Source: Patescibacteria group bacterium
Lineage (GTDB): Bacteria; Patescibacteriota; Patescibacteriia; UBA9934; GWF2-40-263
Direction of reading: 5' to 3'
Length of the DNA stretch: 64,000 nt
NCBI GenBank assembly: GCA_004297215.1
Contig: SCUM01000001.1
Coordinates: 400 to 64,399, forward strand
Part shown: positions 9,174-18,327 of the stretch, piece after piece
How the letters are laid out: the number at the start of each line of letters is the position of its first letter
Position numbering within the stretch: the stretch's first letter is position 1
Made by a program: the position numbers and the translations under genes
The notes under the pieces: generated by a model
The model's input: the letters and a program-made list of their open reading frames with translations, nothing else
Database searches by the model: none
Told to the model about the DNA's origin: nothing

Positions 9174-9476
9174 CTATGATTTTGAGGCGCCTTCCCCCTC
9201 TTCCAGCAGGGTTTTCGGGTTCGGGGAGTACAGCTTATTGCGGATTTTCCAGTGGTCCACGTATTGGCCTATGCCGGCGCGGTCCCGCTTGTTGCGAACG
9301 GTGGTGGTTTGCTGGCTCCATTTGAGCAGGGATTCGAAATTGATCTTGTAGCGCCCCTGCACCACGACATAGGTGATTTGCCCGTCGGAAATGGCGCGCC
9401 GGATGGTGCGCTGATGCACCCCGAACAGCCTGGCCGCTTCGGAAACGGAGACGCGGATGATGGAAGCGAGAGGCAT
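9174..9476 (-). CDS. Excisionase/MerR-like helix-turn-helix DNA-binding protein
   Basis: VSVSEAARLFGVHQRTIRRAI HTH motif followed by a beta-wing (VVQGRYKI). Confidence 0.8.
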   Translation of the reverse strand: MPLASIIRVSVSEAARLFGVHQRTIRRAISDGQITYVVVQGRYKINFESLLKWSQQTTTVRNKRDRAGIGQYVDHWKIRNKLYSPNPKTLLEEGEGASKS

Positions 9477-9487
9477 AAGAATCGGGA

Positions 9488-9566
9488 GGCGATAAGGCCT
9501 CAGGCGTAAAGGCATTAAGGCGTTAAGGGTTTTCCCTCAAGCCTTCTTGCCTAAGGCCTTATCGCC
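9488..9566. repeat. Empty family-A inverted-repeat element
   Basis: Arms ggcgataaggcctcaggc / gcctaaggccttatcgcc; the core read on the minus strand is agggaaaacccttaacgcc. Confidence 0.9.
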
Positions 9567-9576
9567 CGTGCATTTA

Positions 9577-9588
9577 TACAATATTGTA
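9577..9588. promoter_or_regulatory. 12-bp perfect palindrome, candidate operator
   Basis: TACAATATTGTA in the AT-rich divergent region between the HTH and sigma genes. Confidence 0.4.
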
Positions 9589-9700
9589 GACAAACATGCC
9601 TATTTTCGTCAACGTGACCCTAAACTATTGAATAAATACGGTTTTTAGGCTATCGTAAGCCGTTCCTGTAACGATTCATGTAACCGACAAGACAGTAATT

Positions 9701-10252
9701 GTGAGTAGCTTGCGAGAACAATTTCTCCTGCATCGGATCAGGGCCTTCAAGGATCAAAGGGCCTTTGGGGAATTGGTCGTGAGTTATCGTTCCACCTCAT
9801 ACCGATATCTCCGTTCCAAGCTCCCCATGGAGCAGGACGCAGAGGATGCGCTAAACACCACGTTGCTCCGGGCGTGGAATTACTTCACGCGTGCGGAACA
9901 TGTGGAGAGCGTGGGCGGCCTCATCTTCACGGTCGCTCGCGGGGTCGTGTCGGAGTTCTATCGACACCGCGTCCCGAACGTCTCGATCGAGTCCATGCAG
10001 GAAGCGGGGATGGACATCGCGGCTGAGCGCTCCGGAGACCGATCCATGACCCAGTCTGCGGACGTGGAGCTGGCGAAGGAGCTGCTCGACCAGCTCGAAG
10101 GGGAGGATCGCCTGATCATCCTCATGCGGCACTTCGAAGGACGCTCCCTGGGCGATATCGCTAAACGTATCGGAAAGAGCGACGGCGCCACGCGCGTCGC
10201 CCTCCACCGGGCCATGAAGAAGCTACGTACTCTCTTTACGCCACGCGCATGA
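9701..10252 (+). CDS. ECF-type RNA polymerase sigma factor
   Basis: Region 2 (AF.ELV...QDAEDAL..TLLRAW) and region 4 (RHFEGRSLGDIAKRIGKSDGATRVALHRAMKKLR). Confidence 0.88.
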   Translation: MSSLREQFLLHRIRAFKDQRAFGELVVSYRSTSYRYLRSKLPMEQDAEDALNTTLLRAWNYFTRAEHVESVGGLIFTVARGVVSEFYRHRVPNVSIESMQEAGMDIAAERSGDRSMTQSADVELAKELLDQLEGEDRLIILMRHFEGRSLGDIAKRIGKSDGATRVALHRAMKKLRTLFTPRA

Positions 10253-11307
10253 CCGAGAAGGACATCGTCAATCTGCTTCATCGAGTAAAAGACGCGCCCG
10301 AACTCGGGGGCGGTTTTGACGATGCGCGCGCCGAGCGGTGCATGAACCGTTTCTGGAACGAGCTCGGCGTCGAGGCTCCGAAGCCGGTTCCCTATGGGCT
10401 GCGCGAATACGCGGATTATGCCCTGTTCGTCCTGTCACATGCCGTCGCGCGTCCGCTCGCCGTCGGTACCTCGGTGTTCGCCCTCATCTTCGGCGGCTGG
10501 GTCACCACGGTGAACGCAAGTTTCTCCAGCCTTCCAGGCGACGTGCTCTACCCAGTGAAGCTTGCCACGGAGCGCATGCAGCTCACGCTCGCAAGCTCCG
10601 GCGTGCGCCGCGCCCGCCTGCATGCGGACTTCGCCTCTCGACGCTTGCAGGAGGTCGGGGAATTGTCCGTCTCCTCCCGCCCGGGCCGCGAGGCCCAGCT
10701 CAAGGCCGCGGTGGAGGGGTTCACCCAGGAGATGGTGTCGGCCAAGGAGCAGCTTGATGCGGTGGGGATCGACAGCCCGTCGGAGGCCGTGGACCTCGCC
10801 CTGGTGCTCGACCAAAAGGCCGATGAGTACCAGGCGCTGCTCACCCAAGGATCTTCCGGAGAGCCGTCGGTCATGCAAGAGGTGGCCGATGCCCAGGCCG
10901 CGGTCGATCAGGTCAATTCCACGGCGGTCGAGACGCTCGTCAACGCGCAAGAGCAGAACGGGGGCGACCCGCGCGTCATCGAAAGGAATTTCCAGTCCCA
11001 GCTCACCTCCGTGCGCAGCCTCATCGCGCTCTCCACGGCGCGGCTCACGGCCATCAAGGAAGCCATCTCCAAGGCCGACGCGCTCGATGCCGATCGCGGG
11101 AGCCGCATCGCGCAGGCGCGCCAGGCGGTCACGAGCCAGGAAAAGCCCATCAGCGAGGCGACCAACGCGTTCGCCGTGGGTGGGTACCGCCGCGCGTTCG
11201 AGGCGCTCGATGCGGTCGAACAGGCGATAGACGGCGTGCAGCCCACCATCCTCGAGCTCGAGCTCTCACTCACGGCTCCCGCACCTGAATCGCCACCCAA
11301 TTTCTAG
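10249..11307 (+). CDS. DUF5667-like single-TM protein, putative anti-sigma factor
   Basis: ATGA overlap with the sigma gene, one TM segment, SLPGDVLYPVKLATE motif, helical C-terminus. Confidence 0.65.
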   Translation: MTEKDIVNLLHRVKDAPELGGGFDDARAERCMNRFWNELGVEAPKPVPYGLREYADYALFVLSHAVARPLAVGTSVFALIFGGWVTTVNASFSSLPGDVLYPVKLATERMQLTLASSGVRRARLHADFASRRLQEVGELSVSSRPGREAQLKAAVEGFTQEMVSAKEQLDAVGIDSPSEAVDLALVLDQKADEYQALLTQGSSGEPSVMQEVADAQAAVDQVNSTAVETLVNAQEQNGGDPRVIERNFQSQLTSVRSLIALSTARLTAIKEAISKADALDADRGSRIAQARQAVTSQEKPISEATNAFAVGGYRRAFEALDAVEQAIDGVQPTILELELSLTAPAPESPPNF

Positions 11308-11520
11308 GTCGCTCCGGTCCCGACCGTTGGTCGGGGCCCCGCACCTCTTCCTGTAGGGACAGGGAAGGGTGCGGGGTAGAGAGCCCCGGTCTCTCGCAAT
11401 CCGGACAGATGCCCAAGGTCGAGGTTCCCACAAGGAGCCGCATCCGTTCCAACCTCCAGGCGCGCTAGCGCCGGAGAACACAAAGGTTCGCCCGGCCAAA
11501 AGCCGGGTAAAAATCACGTT

Positions 11521-14500
11521 ATGACCCACTCATTGCGCATTGGGAAGCGCGCCCTCACGATCGCGGTCGCTGCCATGACCATCGCTTGGTCCATCGGCAT
11601 TTCCGCGTTCGTGGCCCCGATGACGGCTCGCGCGGCCTCGGCCGGCGACCTCATCAAGGGAACGACCCTTTCGACGCTGTATTACCTCGCGTCGGACGGC
11701 GCCCGTTACGCCTTCCCCAACGAAAAGACCTACATGACCTGGTTCTCGGATTTCTCCGGGGTCCAGACCTTGTCTGACAGCGCTCTCGCTGCGATCCCGC
11801 TCGCCGGGAACGTGGTGTACCGCCCGGGCTCCCGCTGGATCAAGATCCAGTCGGACAACAAGACCTACGCCGTCACCCCGCAGGGTCAGATCCGCTGGAT
11901 CGAGACCGAGCCGGTGGCCGTGGCTCTGGCCGGCGCCAACTGGAACACGTTCATCGACGACGTTGCGGACGTGTTCTTCGTGGACTACTCGGTGGGCGCC
12001 TCGCTCGCGTCGGCCAGCAATGGCTACAACGGCATGGTGCTTTCGAGCGGCGGCAACAACTACCTGCTCTGGAACAACCAGAAGCGGATGGTCACCAGCG
12101 CCGGCTTCTCCGGCAACCGCATGCAGTCGCGTTTCGTGCTCTCGGGTTCCGGCGTCAATCTGGCCGGCATCACCGCGGGCGCTGACGTTTCTGGTGCGGA
12201 GGCAGTGCTGCGCGACGTGGCCCAGCTGGGCGGCGGCGTGACGGGCGGCCTCTCGGTCTCCCTCGCTTCCGACACCCCGGCTTCCGCCACGGTGCCGTCG
12301 CTTGCCTCGTCCGTGGGCTTCACCAAGCTCAAGCTCCTGGCGAACGCGGGTTCGGTCACGATCAACCAGATCGTGCTTACCCTGGGCGGCGTGGGCGCGG
12401 TCGGCAACCTCGACCAGGTGTACCTCTACAAGGGTGACACCCGCCTCACGGACGGCCGCTCGATCAATTCGAGCACCCGCAAGGCGACCTTCTCCGGCCT
12501 CAACCTCTCGTTGGCCGCCGGCGAAATGATCTACCTCTCCGCTCGCGCCGACATCGGCGCCGGCGCGGCCGGCGACACGGCCAGCCTGGGCATCGCTTCT
12601 TCGAGCGACGTCTCCGGCACGGCCACGGTCTCCGGCAACTTCCCGGTGATGGGCAACCTCATGACCTTCTCCACCACGGAGGCGGGTGCGGTGACCATCA
12701 CGAAGAACGGGACGATCGCCAGCCCCACCATCGGCCAGGACGGCGCGACCATCGCGAAGTTCACGGTGGAGGCGGATGGCGAGGATGCCAGCCTCAAGCA
12801 GATCACGCTCAACGTCGACGACTCGGCCGATCACAGCAACTACAAGCTGTGGAAGGGGGCGACCCTGCTCGGCACCGGGACGGTCAGCGGCGAGCTCGTG
12901 ACCTTCGTGCTCACCAACCCGCTCCTCGTGGAGGACGGTGACAGCGAGAACCTGGAGCTCTCCGCCGACATCGGCGGCGAGGCCGGGGACGAGGTCAAGG
13001 TGGCGATCGAGGAAGAGGCGGACGTCCTCGCCGTGGGCGGAGACTTCCTCTTCAACCTGTCCGCGGACATCACGGATTACGACGAGACCGGTTCCCTCTG
13101 CGTGGACGGGACCGACGAGTGCTCGTTCTCCGAGGTGCAAGGCGGCCAGCTCACCTTCGCCTTCAACGGCCCGTCCTCCGACGACATCCAGATCGACGGC
13201 AAGGACCAGGTGCTCATGAAGTTCTCGATCACGGCCGAAGAGTTGGCCGAGATCCAGGAGTTCGAAGTCGACGTGGCGTGCACCAACAGCGCGGCACTTG
13301 ACTGTGACGCGGACAACGCGGACGACGCCGGCGACGACGACGGCGAAGACGATGTGGACGACGGCGGCCTCCTCAACGAGGACGACGACGCCAACCTCCA
13401 GGACATCACCGTCCGCCTCGCCTCCGGCGCGGCCTGGATGGGTCCGGAAGAGTTGAGTGCCGTGGGCGCCGACGACACCCAGACCCTCACCTTCGATGAC
13501 GACCAGACCGTCAACGCGGGCCAGACGCTCGACCTCATGATCACCGCTGACCTCGAGAACGAGGACGGCATCGAAGGCGAGTCCTTCAGCGTCACCATCG
13601 ACATGACCACGGTGATCGCCGAGGACGCCAACGGCGACGATCTCGCTGATAGCGACATCGTCCCGGGCGCGCTGCTCGTGGGCAACGACTTCACGGCTAC
13701 CGACGCGTCGCTCGACGTGGAGGTGGCACAACCGCCCACCAGCGGCACCTTCGTGAAGGGCACCAGCGGCGTGGCAATGGTCGGCTTCAACTTCCAAGCC
13801 GGCGACGCCTCCGACGTGACGGTGACCGACCTTGACCTCAACATCAACGGGGACTCCGATGGCGCGTTCGACGACGACGACGACATCAACGTCTCCGACC
13901 AGATCAGCTCCTGCTCGCTCTATGACAGCGAGTCCGGCGCACTGGTGGACGGTCCGGAATCCATCGAGACGACCGCGGTGGCCACTCCGTTCGACAGCGT
14001 CATCCTGTTCGAGAACTTCGACTGGACGGTGGCTGCGGGCGAGACGGCCAAGCTCATCGCCAAGTGCAACCTGGCCAACGTGGACCAGGTGGGCGCCGGC
14101 GATGACGACTACAACCTCTTCATCGACGCGGCCGCGGACATCCAGGCCGAAGATGAGGACGGCGACGACGTGGTTGCCACCCTCGTGGACGGCAACGAAG
14201 GCGCCGGCGCCGACACGGTGATCTCGGTCATCGACAGCGGCTCCATCACCGTCACGCTCGACGGCGGTACGGCCAACTCGACGATCATCCTTGGCTCGGC
14301 CACGGGGGTCTCGATGTCCAAGTTCAAGTTCGACGCTTCGGACGAGGCCTTCATCGTGAAGGAGCTCACCCTCGACAACTGCGTCGACGCGTCCGACGGC
14401 GACGACACCTGCGGTGACGACGTCGGAGCCGCCGGTTCCGACGACATCGCCGCGACGGTGAAGCTCAGCTACCAGAACCAGGCGGGGACCACGGTCAGCA

Positions 14501-15399
14501 AGACCGGCTTCCTCTCTGGCGGCAGCGCGAACTTCTCCGGCCTCGACTTCTACGTGCCGGTGGATTCCACCCGCGTGCTCTCCGTGATCATCGACACCAA
14601 CGGGGTGTCTTCCACGGGTGCGACCTCGGGTGACCTGATCCAGCTCAACCTGGACGCCACCGACGAGGACGACACGGACAACGACTTCGAAGCGGTCGGC
14701 GCCGGTTCCGGCGAGACGATCACCGAAGCCGATGTCGCGACCTACGTCCCGGCCAACGACATGACGGTGCGCAAGACCAAGCCGACCATCAGCCTCGCCT
14801 CTGGCAGCCCGTCGGGCTCCAGCACGCCTGGCCTCTCGGAGGTCTTCCGCTTCACCGTGGCGGCCGATTCCCGCGGCTCCGTGACCCTCGACGAGGTGGC
14901 GTTCAAGATCACCACGTTCGATGGGACGGGCAGCGGCTGGGCCGACTGCGGCACCATCGGCGATGAGACCCTGTTCGAGTTCTACGACATGGACGACTCG
15001 AGCGAGAAGCTCGACGACGACCTCGGCGAGGACGGCGCGAGCCTTGTCGGCGACTGGACCTTCGCGGAGGCGGACGGCGCTGCGGGATGTACCCTTGGTA
15101 CGGATCCGCTGGCCTACGCCTTCCTCGACATGGAGAGCGACACGACGCATCCGGCCGAGGAAATCAGTGCTGGCGACATCAAGACGTACGTCTTGAAGAT
15201 CGACACCACTGGCGCGGTGGCAGACGATTCGATCCGCGTGGACATCCCGGACCAGTCCGAGGGTGACACTGTGGGCTTCTCTGCCATCGTCTGGGACGAT
15301 GAAGAGTCCGACCTCACGCCCACCACGGGCGCTGACGAGGACATCGACGGGACTCGCGTGAAGAACCTGTCGGTCACCGGCGGCACGCTCGTCTACTAA
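11521..15399 (+). CDS. Large secreted acidic S-layer-like surface protein
   Basis: Signal peptide ending ARA-A, N-terminal GDLIKG..STLYY..DG.RY.FPNE.TY.TW module, repeated Ig-like beta domains, strong codon bias. Confidence 0.75.
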   Translation: MTHSLRIGKRALTIAVAAMTIAWSIGISAFVAPMTARAASAGDLIKGTTLSTLYYLASDGARYAFPNEKTYMTWFSDFSGVQTLSDSALAAIPLAGNVVYRPGSRWIKIQSDNKTYAVTPQGQIRWIETEPVAVALAGANWNTFIDDVADVFFVDYSVGASLASASNGYNGMVLSSGGNNYLLWNNQKRMVTSAGFSGNRMQSRFVLSGSGVNLAGITAGADVSGAEAVLRDVAQLGGGVTGGLSVSLASDTPASATVPSLASSVGFTKLKLLANAGSVTINQIVLTLGGVGAVGNLDQVYLYKGDTRLTDGRSINSSTRKATFSGLNLSLAAGEMIYLSARADIGAGAAGDTASLGIASSSDVSGTATVSGNFPVMGNLMTFSTTEAGAVTITKNGTIASPTIGQDGATIAKFTVEADGEDASLKQITLNVDDSADHSNYKLWKGATLLGTGTVSGELVTFVLTNPLLVEDGDSENLELSADIGGEAGDEVKVAIEEEADVLAVGGDFLFNLSADITDYDETGSLCVDGTDECSFSEVQGGQLTFAFNGPSSDDIQIDGKDQVLMKFSITAEELAEIQEFEVDVACTNSAALDCDADNADDAGDDDGEDDVDDGGLLNEDDDANLQDITVRLASGAAWMGPEELSAVGADDTQTLTFDDDQTVNAGQTLDLMITADLENEDGIEGESFSVTIDMTTVIAEDANGDDLADSDIVPGALLVGNDFTATDASLDVEVAQPPTSGTFVKGTSGVAMVGFNFQAGDASDVTVTDLDLNINGDSDGAFDDDDDINVSDQISSCSLYDSESGALVDGPESIETTAVATPFDSVILFENFDWTVAAGETAKLIAKCNLANVDQVGAGDDDYNLFIDAAADIQAEDEDGDDVVATLVDGNEGAGADTVISVIDSGSITVTLDGGTANSTIILGSATGVSMSKFKFDASDEAFIVKELTLDNCVDASDGDDTCGDDVGAAGSDDIAATVKLSYQNQAGTTVSKTGFLSGGSANFSGLDFYVPVDSTRVLSVIIDTNGVSSTGATSGDLIQLNLDATDEDDTDNDFEAVGAGSGETITEADVATYVPANDMTVRKTKPTISLASGSPSGSSTPGLSEVFRFTVAADSRGSVTLDEVAFKITTFDGTGSGWADCGTIGDETLFEFYDMDDSSEKLDDDLGEDGASLVGDWTFAEADGAAGCTLGTDPLAYAFLDMESDTTHPAEEISAGDIKTYVLKIDTTGAVADDSIRVDIPDQSEGDTVGFSAIVWDDEESDLTPTTGADEDIDGTRVKNLSVTGGTLVY

Positions 15400-15450
15400 C
15401 CTCCGGGTTAGCTGACCTGCGCGCGGAAGGGGTAACTCCCTGAAACGCCA

Positions 15451-15484
15451 AGCAAACCCCGCCTCGAGAGAGGCGGGGTTTTGC
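15451..15484 (+). terminator. Intrinsic terminator
   Basis: aaaccccgcctc gaga gaggcggggttt followed by T-rich sequence. Confidence 0.8.
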
Positions 15485-15500
15485 GTTTCGGACCGCGCGA

Positions 15501-15534
15501 CCTCACCCATGCCCTCTCCTTCGTAAGGAGAGGG
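15501..15534. repeat. REP-like palindrome (cctcaccc...ccctctcc...ggagaggg type)
   Basis: ccctctcctt cgt aaggagaggg hairpin preceded by cctcaccc. Confidence 0.55.
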
Positions 15535-15584
15535 GTAGCGGGCTTCTGGACGAGTCTCATTCTTTTCGCTATCCTGCCCCCACT

Positions 15585-16271
15585 ATGCCCCTGCGTCCCA
15601 AACAGCTTCTCGTGATCGTTTCTGCCGCCGTCGTCGTGATCGTGGGCGGGCTTTGGGCGGGGAAGAGCTGGCGCGCGACGCATCCGGCCGCTCCGGCGCT
15701 CCTGGAGCTGGTGGACCGCGGGATCGACGCGGAGAACATGGCCAAGTTTGAGGAGCGCATCGCGGCCCAGGAGGCGGCGGTGGCCGAAGGGGAACGCGAC
15801 ATAAGCGAGCTCCTGGTGTTGGGGAACCTGTATTATTCCGTGGGCGATCTTAAGAAGGCCGCCGCCGCGTACCGTGACATCCTTTCGTCAAACCCCAACG
15901 ACTCGGCGGCGCACGAGAACCTGGCCCAGGCGCTCATCGAGATGGGGGATTACGCGGGAGCGGAGGCGCAGTTGCGCGCGGCGGCCGACGTGAGCGCGTA
16001 CGAGCCCACCTATCTCAAGCTCGCGGACCTCATCGACGAGCATTTCCCGGCGCGCCGGGCGGAGATACAGGTCATCCTCGAAGCGGCCATCGGCAACCTG
16101 GGGCAGACCCCCGGCCTGCTCACCCGCCTGGGCAAGTGGTACGCCGACAACGGCATGCTCAAGGAGGCGATTTCCCACTACGAAGTGGCGCGCCAGCTGG
16201 CCCCCGACGACCAGGCCATCCAGGCGGAAATCGAACGGCTAGAGGCCGAACAACGAAAAAAGGCCAAATGA
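15585..16271 (+). CDS. Membrane-anchored TPR protein
   Basis: N-terminal TM segment; TPR repeats (LGNLYYSVGDLKKAAAAY, LGKWY...EAISHYE). Confidence 0.85.
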   Translation: MPLRPKQLLVIVSAAVVVIVGGLWAGKSWRATHPAAPALLELVDRGIDAENMAKFEERIAAQEAAVAEGERDISELLVLGNLYYSVGDLKKAAAAYRDILSSNPNDSAAHENLAQALIEMGDYAGAEAQLRAAADVSAYEPTYLKLADLIDEHFPARRAEIQVILEAAIGNLGQTPGLLTRLGKWYADNGMLKEAISHYEVARQLAPDDQAIQAEIERLEAEQRKKAK

Positions 16272-16278
16272 CGCGCCC

Positions 16279-16421
16279 GCAGAGGGCGCGTCATCCTGAA
16301 GGCCATCAGGCCTGAAGGATCTCATGAGCAGAGGGCGCGTCATCCTGAAGGCCATCAGGCCTGAAGGATCTCATGAGCAGAGGGCGCGTCATCCTGAAGG
16401 CCATCAGGCCTGAAGGATCTC
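16279..16421. repeat. 49-bp direct tandem repeat, about 2.9 copies
   Basis: gcagagggcgcgtcatcctgaaggccatcaggcctgaaggatctcatga starts at 16279, 16328 and 16377 (third copy 45 bp), with no spacers. Confidence 0.95.
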
Positions 16422-16439
16422 GTGTTACAATAGGCGCCT

Positions 16440-18203
16440 ATGCGGCGCCTATTGTTTTTTCTTGTCACGGCGGGAATCCTCATCGGCCAGCCTGTGTTTG
16501 CGGCCGTTCCCAATGATCCGCTCATCGAGCAGCAGTGGTACTTGGGGAAGATCAAGGCGTTCGACGCCTGGGATACGGCCACCGGATCCGCCAACGTCGT
16601 CGTGGCCGTGCTGGATACCGGACTCGATCTCGATCACCCGGACGTTGCGGGAAACCTCTGGACCAATCCGGGGGAGATTCCCGGCGACGGGTTGGACAAC
16701 GACCAGAACGGGCATGTCGACGACCTGCACGGATGGGATTTCGTGGATGACGACGCCCTGCCCGATCCCTCACCGGCGCCGGGCGACGAGGCGGAAGCCA
16801 CGATCCACGGCACGGCGATCGCCGGGGTGATCGGGGCGATCGGGAATAACGGGACGGGAGTTTCCGGAGTGAACTGGCAGGTGCGCCTCATGCCGCTGCG
16901 CATCCTCGATCGGGAGGGTTCCGGGAATTCGGCGGATGCCACGGCCGCCATCCGCTATGCGATGCGCAGCGGGGCGTCGGTCATCAACTTGAGCTTTACC
17001 GGGGCCGAGGTGGACGGCGTGTTCCGCCAGACGATCAAGGACGCCTACGACGCGGGCGTGGTGGTGGTGGCGGCGGTGGGCAACAAGACGCTCGGCGGGA
17101 CGGACCTGAACCAGGCGCCGTTGTACCCGGTGTGTTTCGAGCAAACCGACGGGGGAGATTCCGTGCTCGGGGTGGCGGCGACCACGCCGCAGGACACCAA
17201 GGCCGGGTTTTCGAATTACGGGTCCTCATGCACCGACATCGCGGCCCCCGGCATCGACATCTTCAACGTGTCCTATCAGGCCGTGGGCACGGACGGGTTC
17301 GCGGAGCCGTATCGCGGCGGCTGGAACGGCACGTCCATCGCGGCGCCCATCATTTCCGGGGCCGTCGCGCTCCTCAAGGGCGCCTTTCCGAATCTCGGCC
17401 CGGCCGACCTGAAGACGGTCCTCCAGTTGTCCGTGGACCCGGTCGACACTGGCGCTCTCCCGCGCGGGGCGCTCGGGGCCGGGCGCGTGAACCTTGCGCG
17501 CGCCCTGGAAGTGGGGAAGGCGGTGTCCGCGGCCAAGGCGCCAGGGACCGCCGCGCCGATCCCGTCCGTGCCTCCCGTCCCTGTGCCGGCGAACGTGATC
17601 GCGCTGCGCGCCACGCGCGTGGTGGTGGCCGCCGGACGCGGTTTTGCCCCGCGCGTGAGCGTGTACGACGGGGAGGGGAAGCGCCTGGCCTCGTTCCTCG
17701 CGTATGCCGAGGGGTTCCTGGGCGGGGTGCAGGCGGCCGTGGGCGACCTCGACCTCGACGGGACCGACGAGATCGTGACCGTGCCCGGAGCCGGCGGCGG
17801 CCCGCACGTGCGCGTGTTCACGCTCGACGGGACGCTCCGCGGCCAGTTCTTCGCTTTCGACGCCGCCGACAGGCACGGGCTTGAGCTGTCCGTCGCGGAC
17901 ACGGACCGCGACGGGCGCGTCGAGATCGTCACGCGCGCGCTCACGGGAGGCCCCTCCGGCATCCGCGCGTTCCGCCTGGACGGGACGCGTCTCGTCGACC
18001 CGGCCTCCTTTGTGGTGCCGGCGTCCCCGCTTACCACCCCCTTCGGCGCCTTCGGTCGCGCGGACTCGACGCTCGCAAGCCTCCTCGCCGACCCCTCCGG
18101 CACGCGCCTTCGGCTCACCGACCGCGCCGGGACGGATCTCGGCGGGTTCGCGCTGCTCGCGCAGGATCGCCCAGCACGTTCGATGGCGGTTTCGTCGCGA
18201 TGA
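16440..18203 (+). CDS. Secreted S8 subtilisin-like serine protease with C-terminal FG-GAP-like repeats
   Basis: Catalytic triad VLDTG / HGTAIAG / GTSIAAP; C-terminal GDLDLDGTDEIV..PGAGGGPHVRVF. Confidence 0.92.
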   Translation: MRRLLFFLVTAGILIGQPVFAAVPNDPLIEQQWYLGKIKAFDAWDTATGSANVVVAVLDTGLDLDHPDVAGNLWTNPGEIPGDGLDNDQNGHVDDLHGWDFVDDDALPDPSPAPGDEAEATIHGTAIAGVIGAIGNNGTGVSGVNWQVRLMPLRILDREGSGNSADATAAIRYAMRSGASVINLSFTGAEVDGVFRQTIKDAYDAGVVVVAAVGNKTLGGTDLNQAPLYPVCFEQTDGGDSVLGVAATTPQDTKAGFSNYGSSCTDIAAPGIDIFNVSYQAVGTDGFAEPYRGGWNGTSIAAPIISGAVALLKGAFPNLGPADLKTVLQLSVDPVDTGALPRGALGAGRVNLARALEVGKAVSAAKAPGTAAPIPSVPPVPVPANVIALRATRVVVAAGRGFAPRVSVYDGEGKRLASFLAYAEGFLGGVQAAVGDLDLDGTDEIVTVPGAGGGPHVRVFTLDGTLRGQFFAFDAADRHGLELSVADTDRDGRVEIVTRALTGGPSGIRAFRLDGTRLVDPASFVVPASPLTTPFGAFGRADSTLASLLADPSGTRLRLTDRAGTDLGGFALLAQDRPARSMAVSSR

Positions 18204-18321
18204 GGATGGAGAATGTAGGATGAAGGATGTAGAATGTAGACTGAAGACTGTAGGATGAAGGATGTAGGATGTAGAATTTTCAATAAACTATCCTACAGTC
18301 TACATCCTTCATCCTACATTT
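18203..18321. repeat. Family-B inverted-repeat element (AGGATG[T/A] heptamers)
   Basis: 18212-18233 aatgtaggatgaaggatgtaga is the perfect inverted repeat of 18299-18320. Confidence 0.9.
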
Positions 18322-18327
18322 CGCTCT

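Noticed and set aside
11530-15510. 1326-aa antisense ORF, and similar ones such as 1738-4380 and 52394-54211
   Set aside because: These are shadow ORFs caused by high GC3 on the opposite strand. They have no motifs and fully overlap clear genes.
16279-16421. CRISPR array
   Set aside because: The units are contiguous and identical with no unique spacers, and no cas genes are present in the window.
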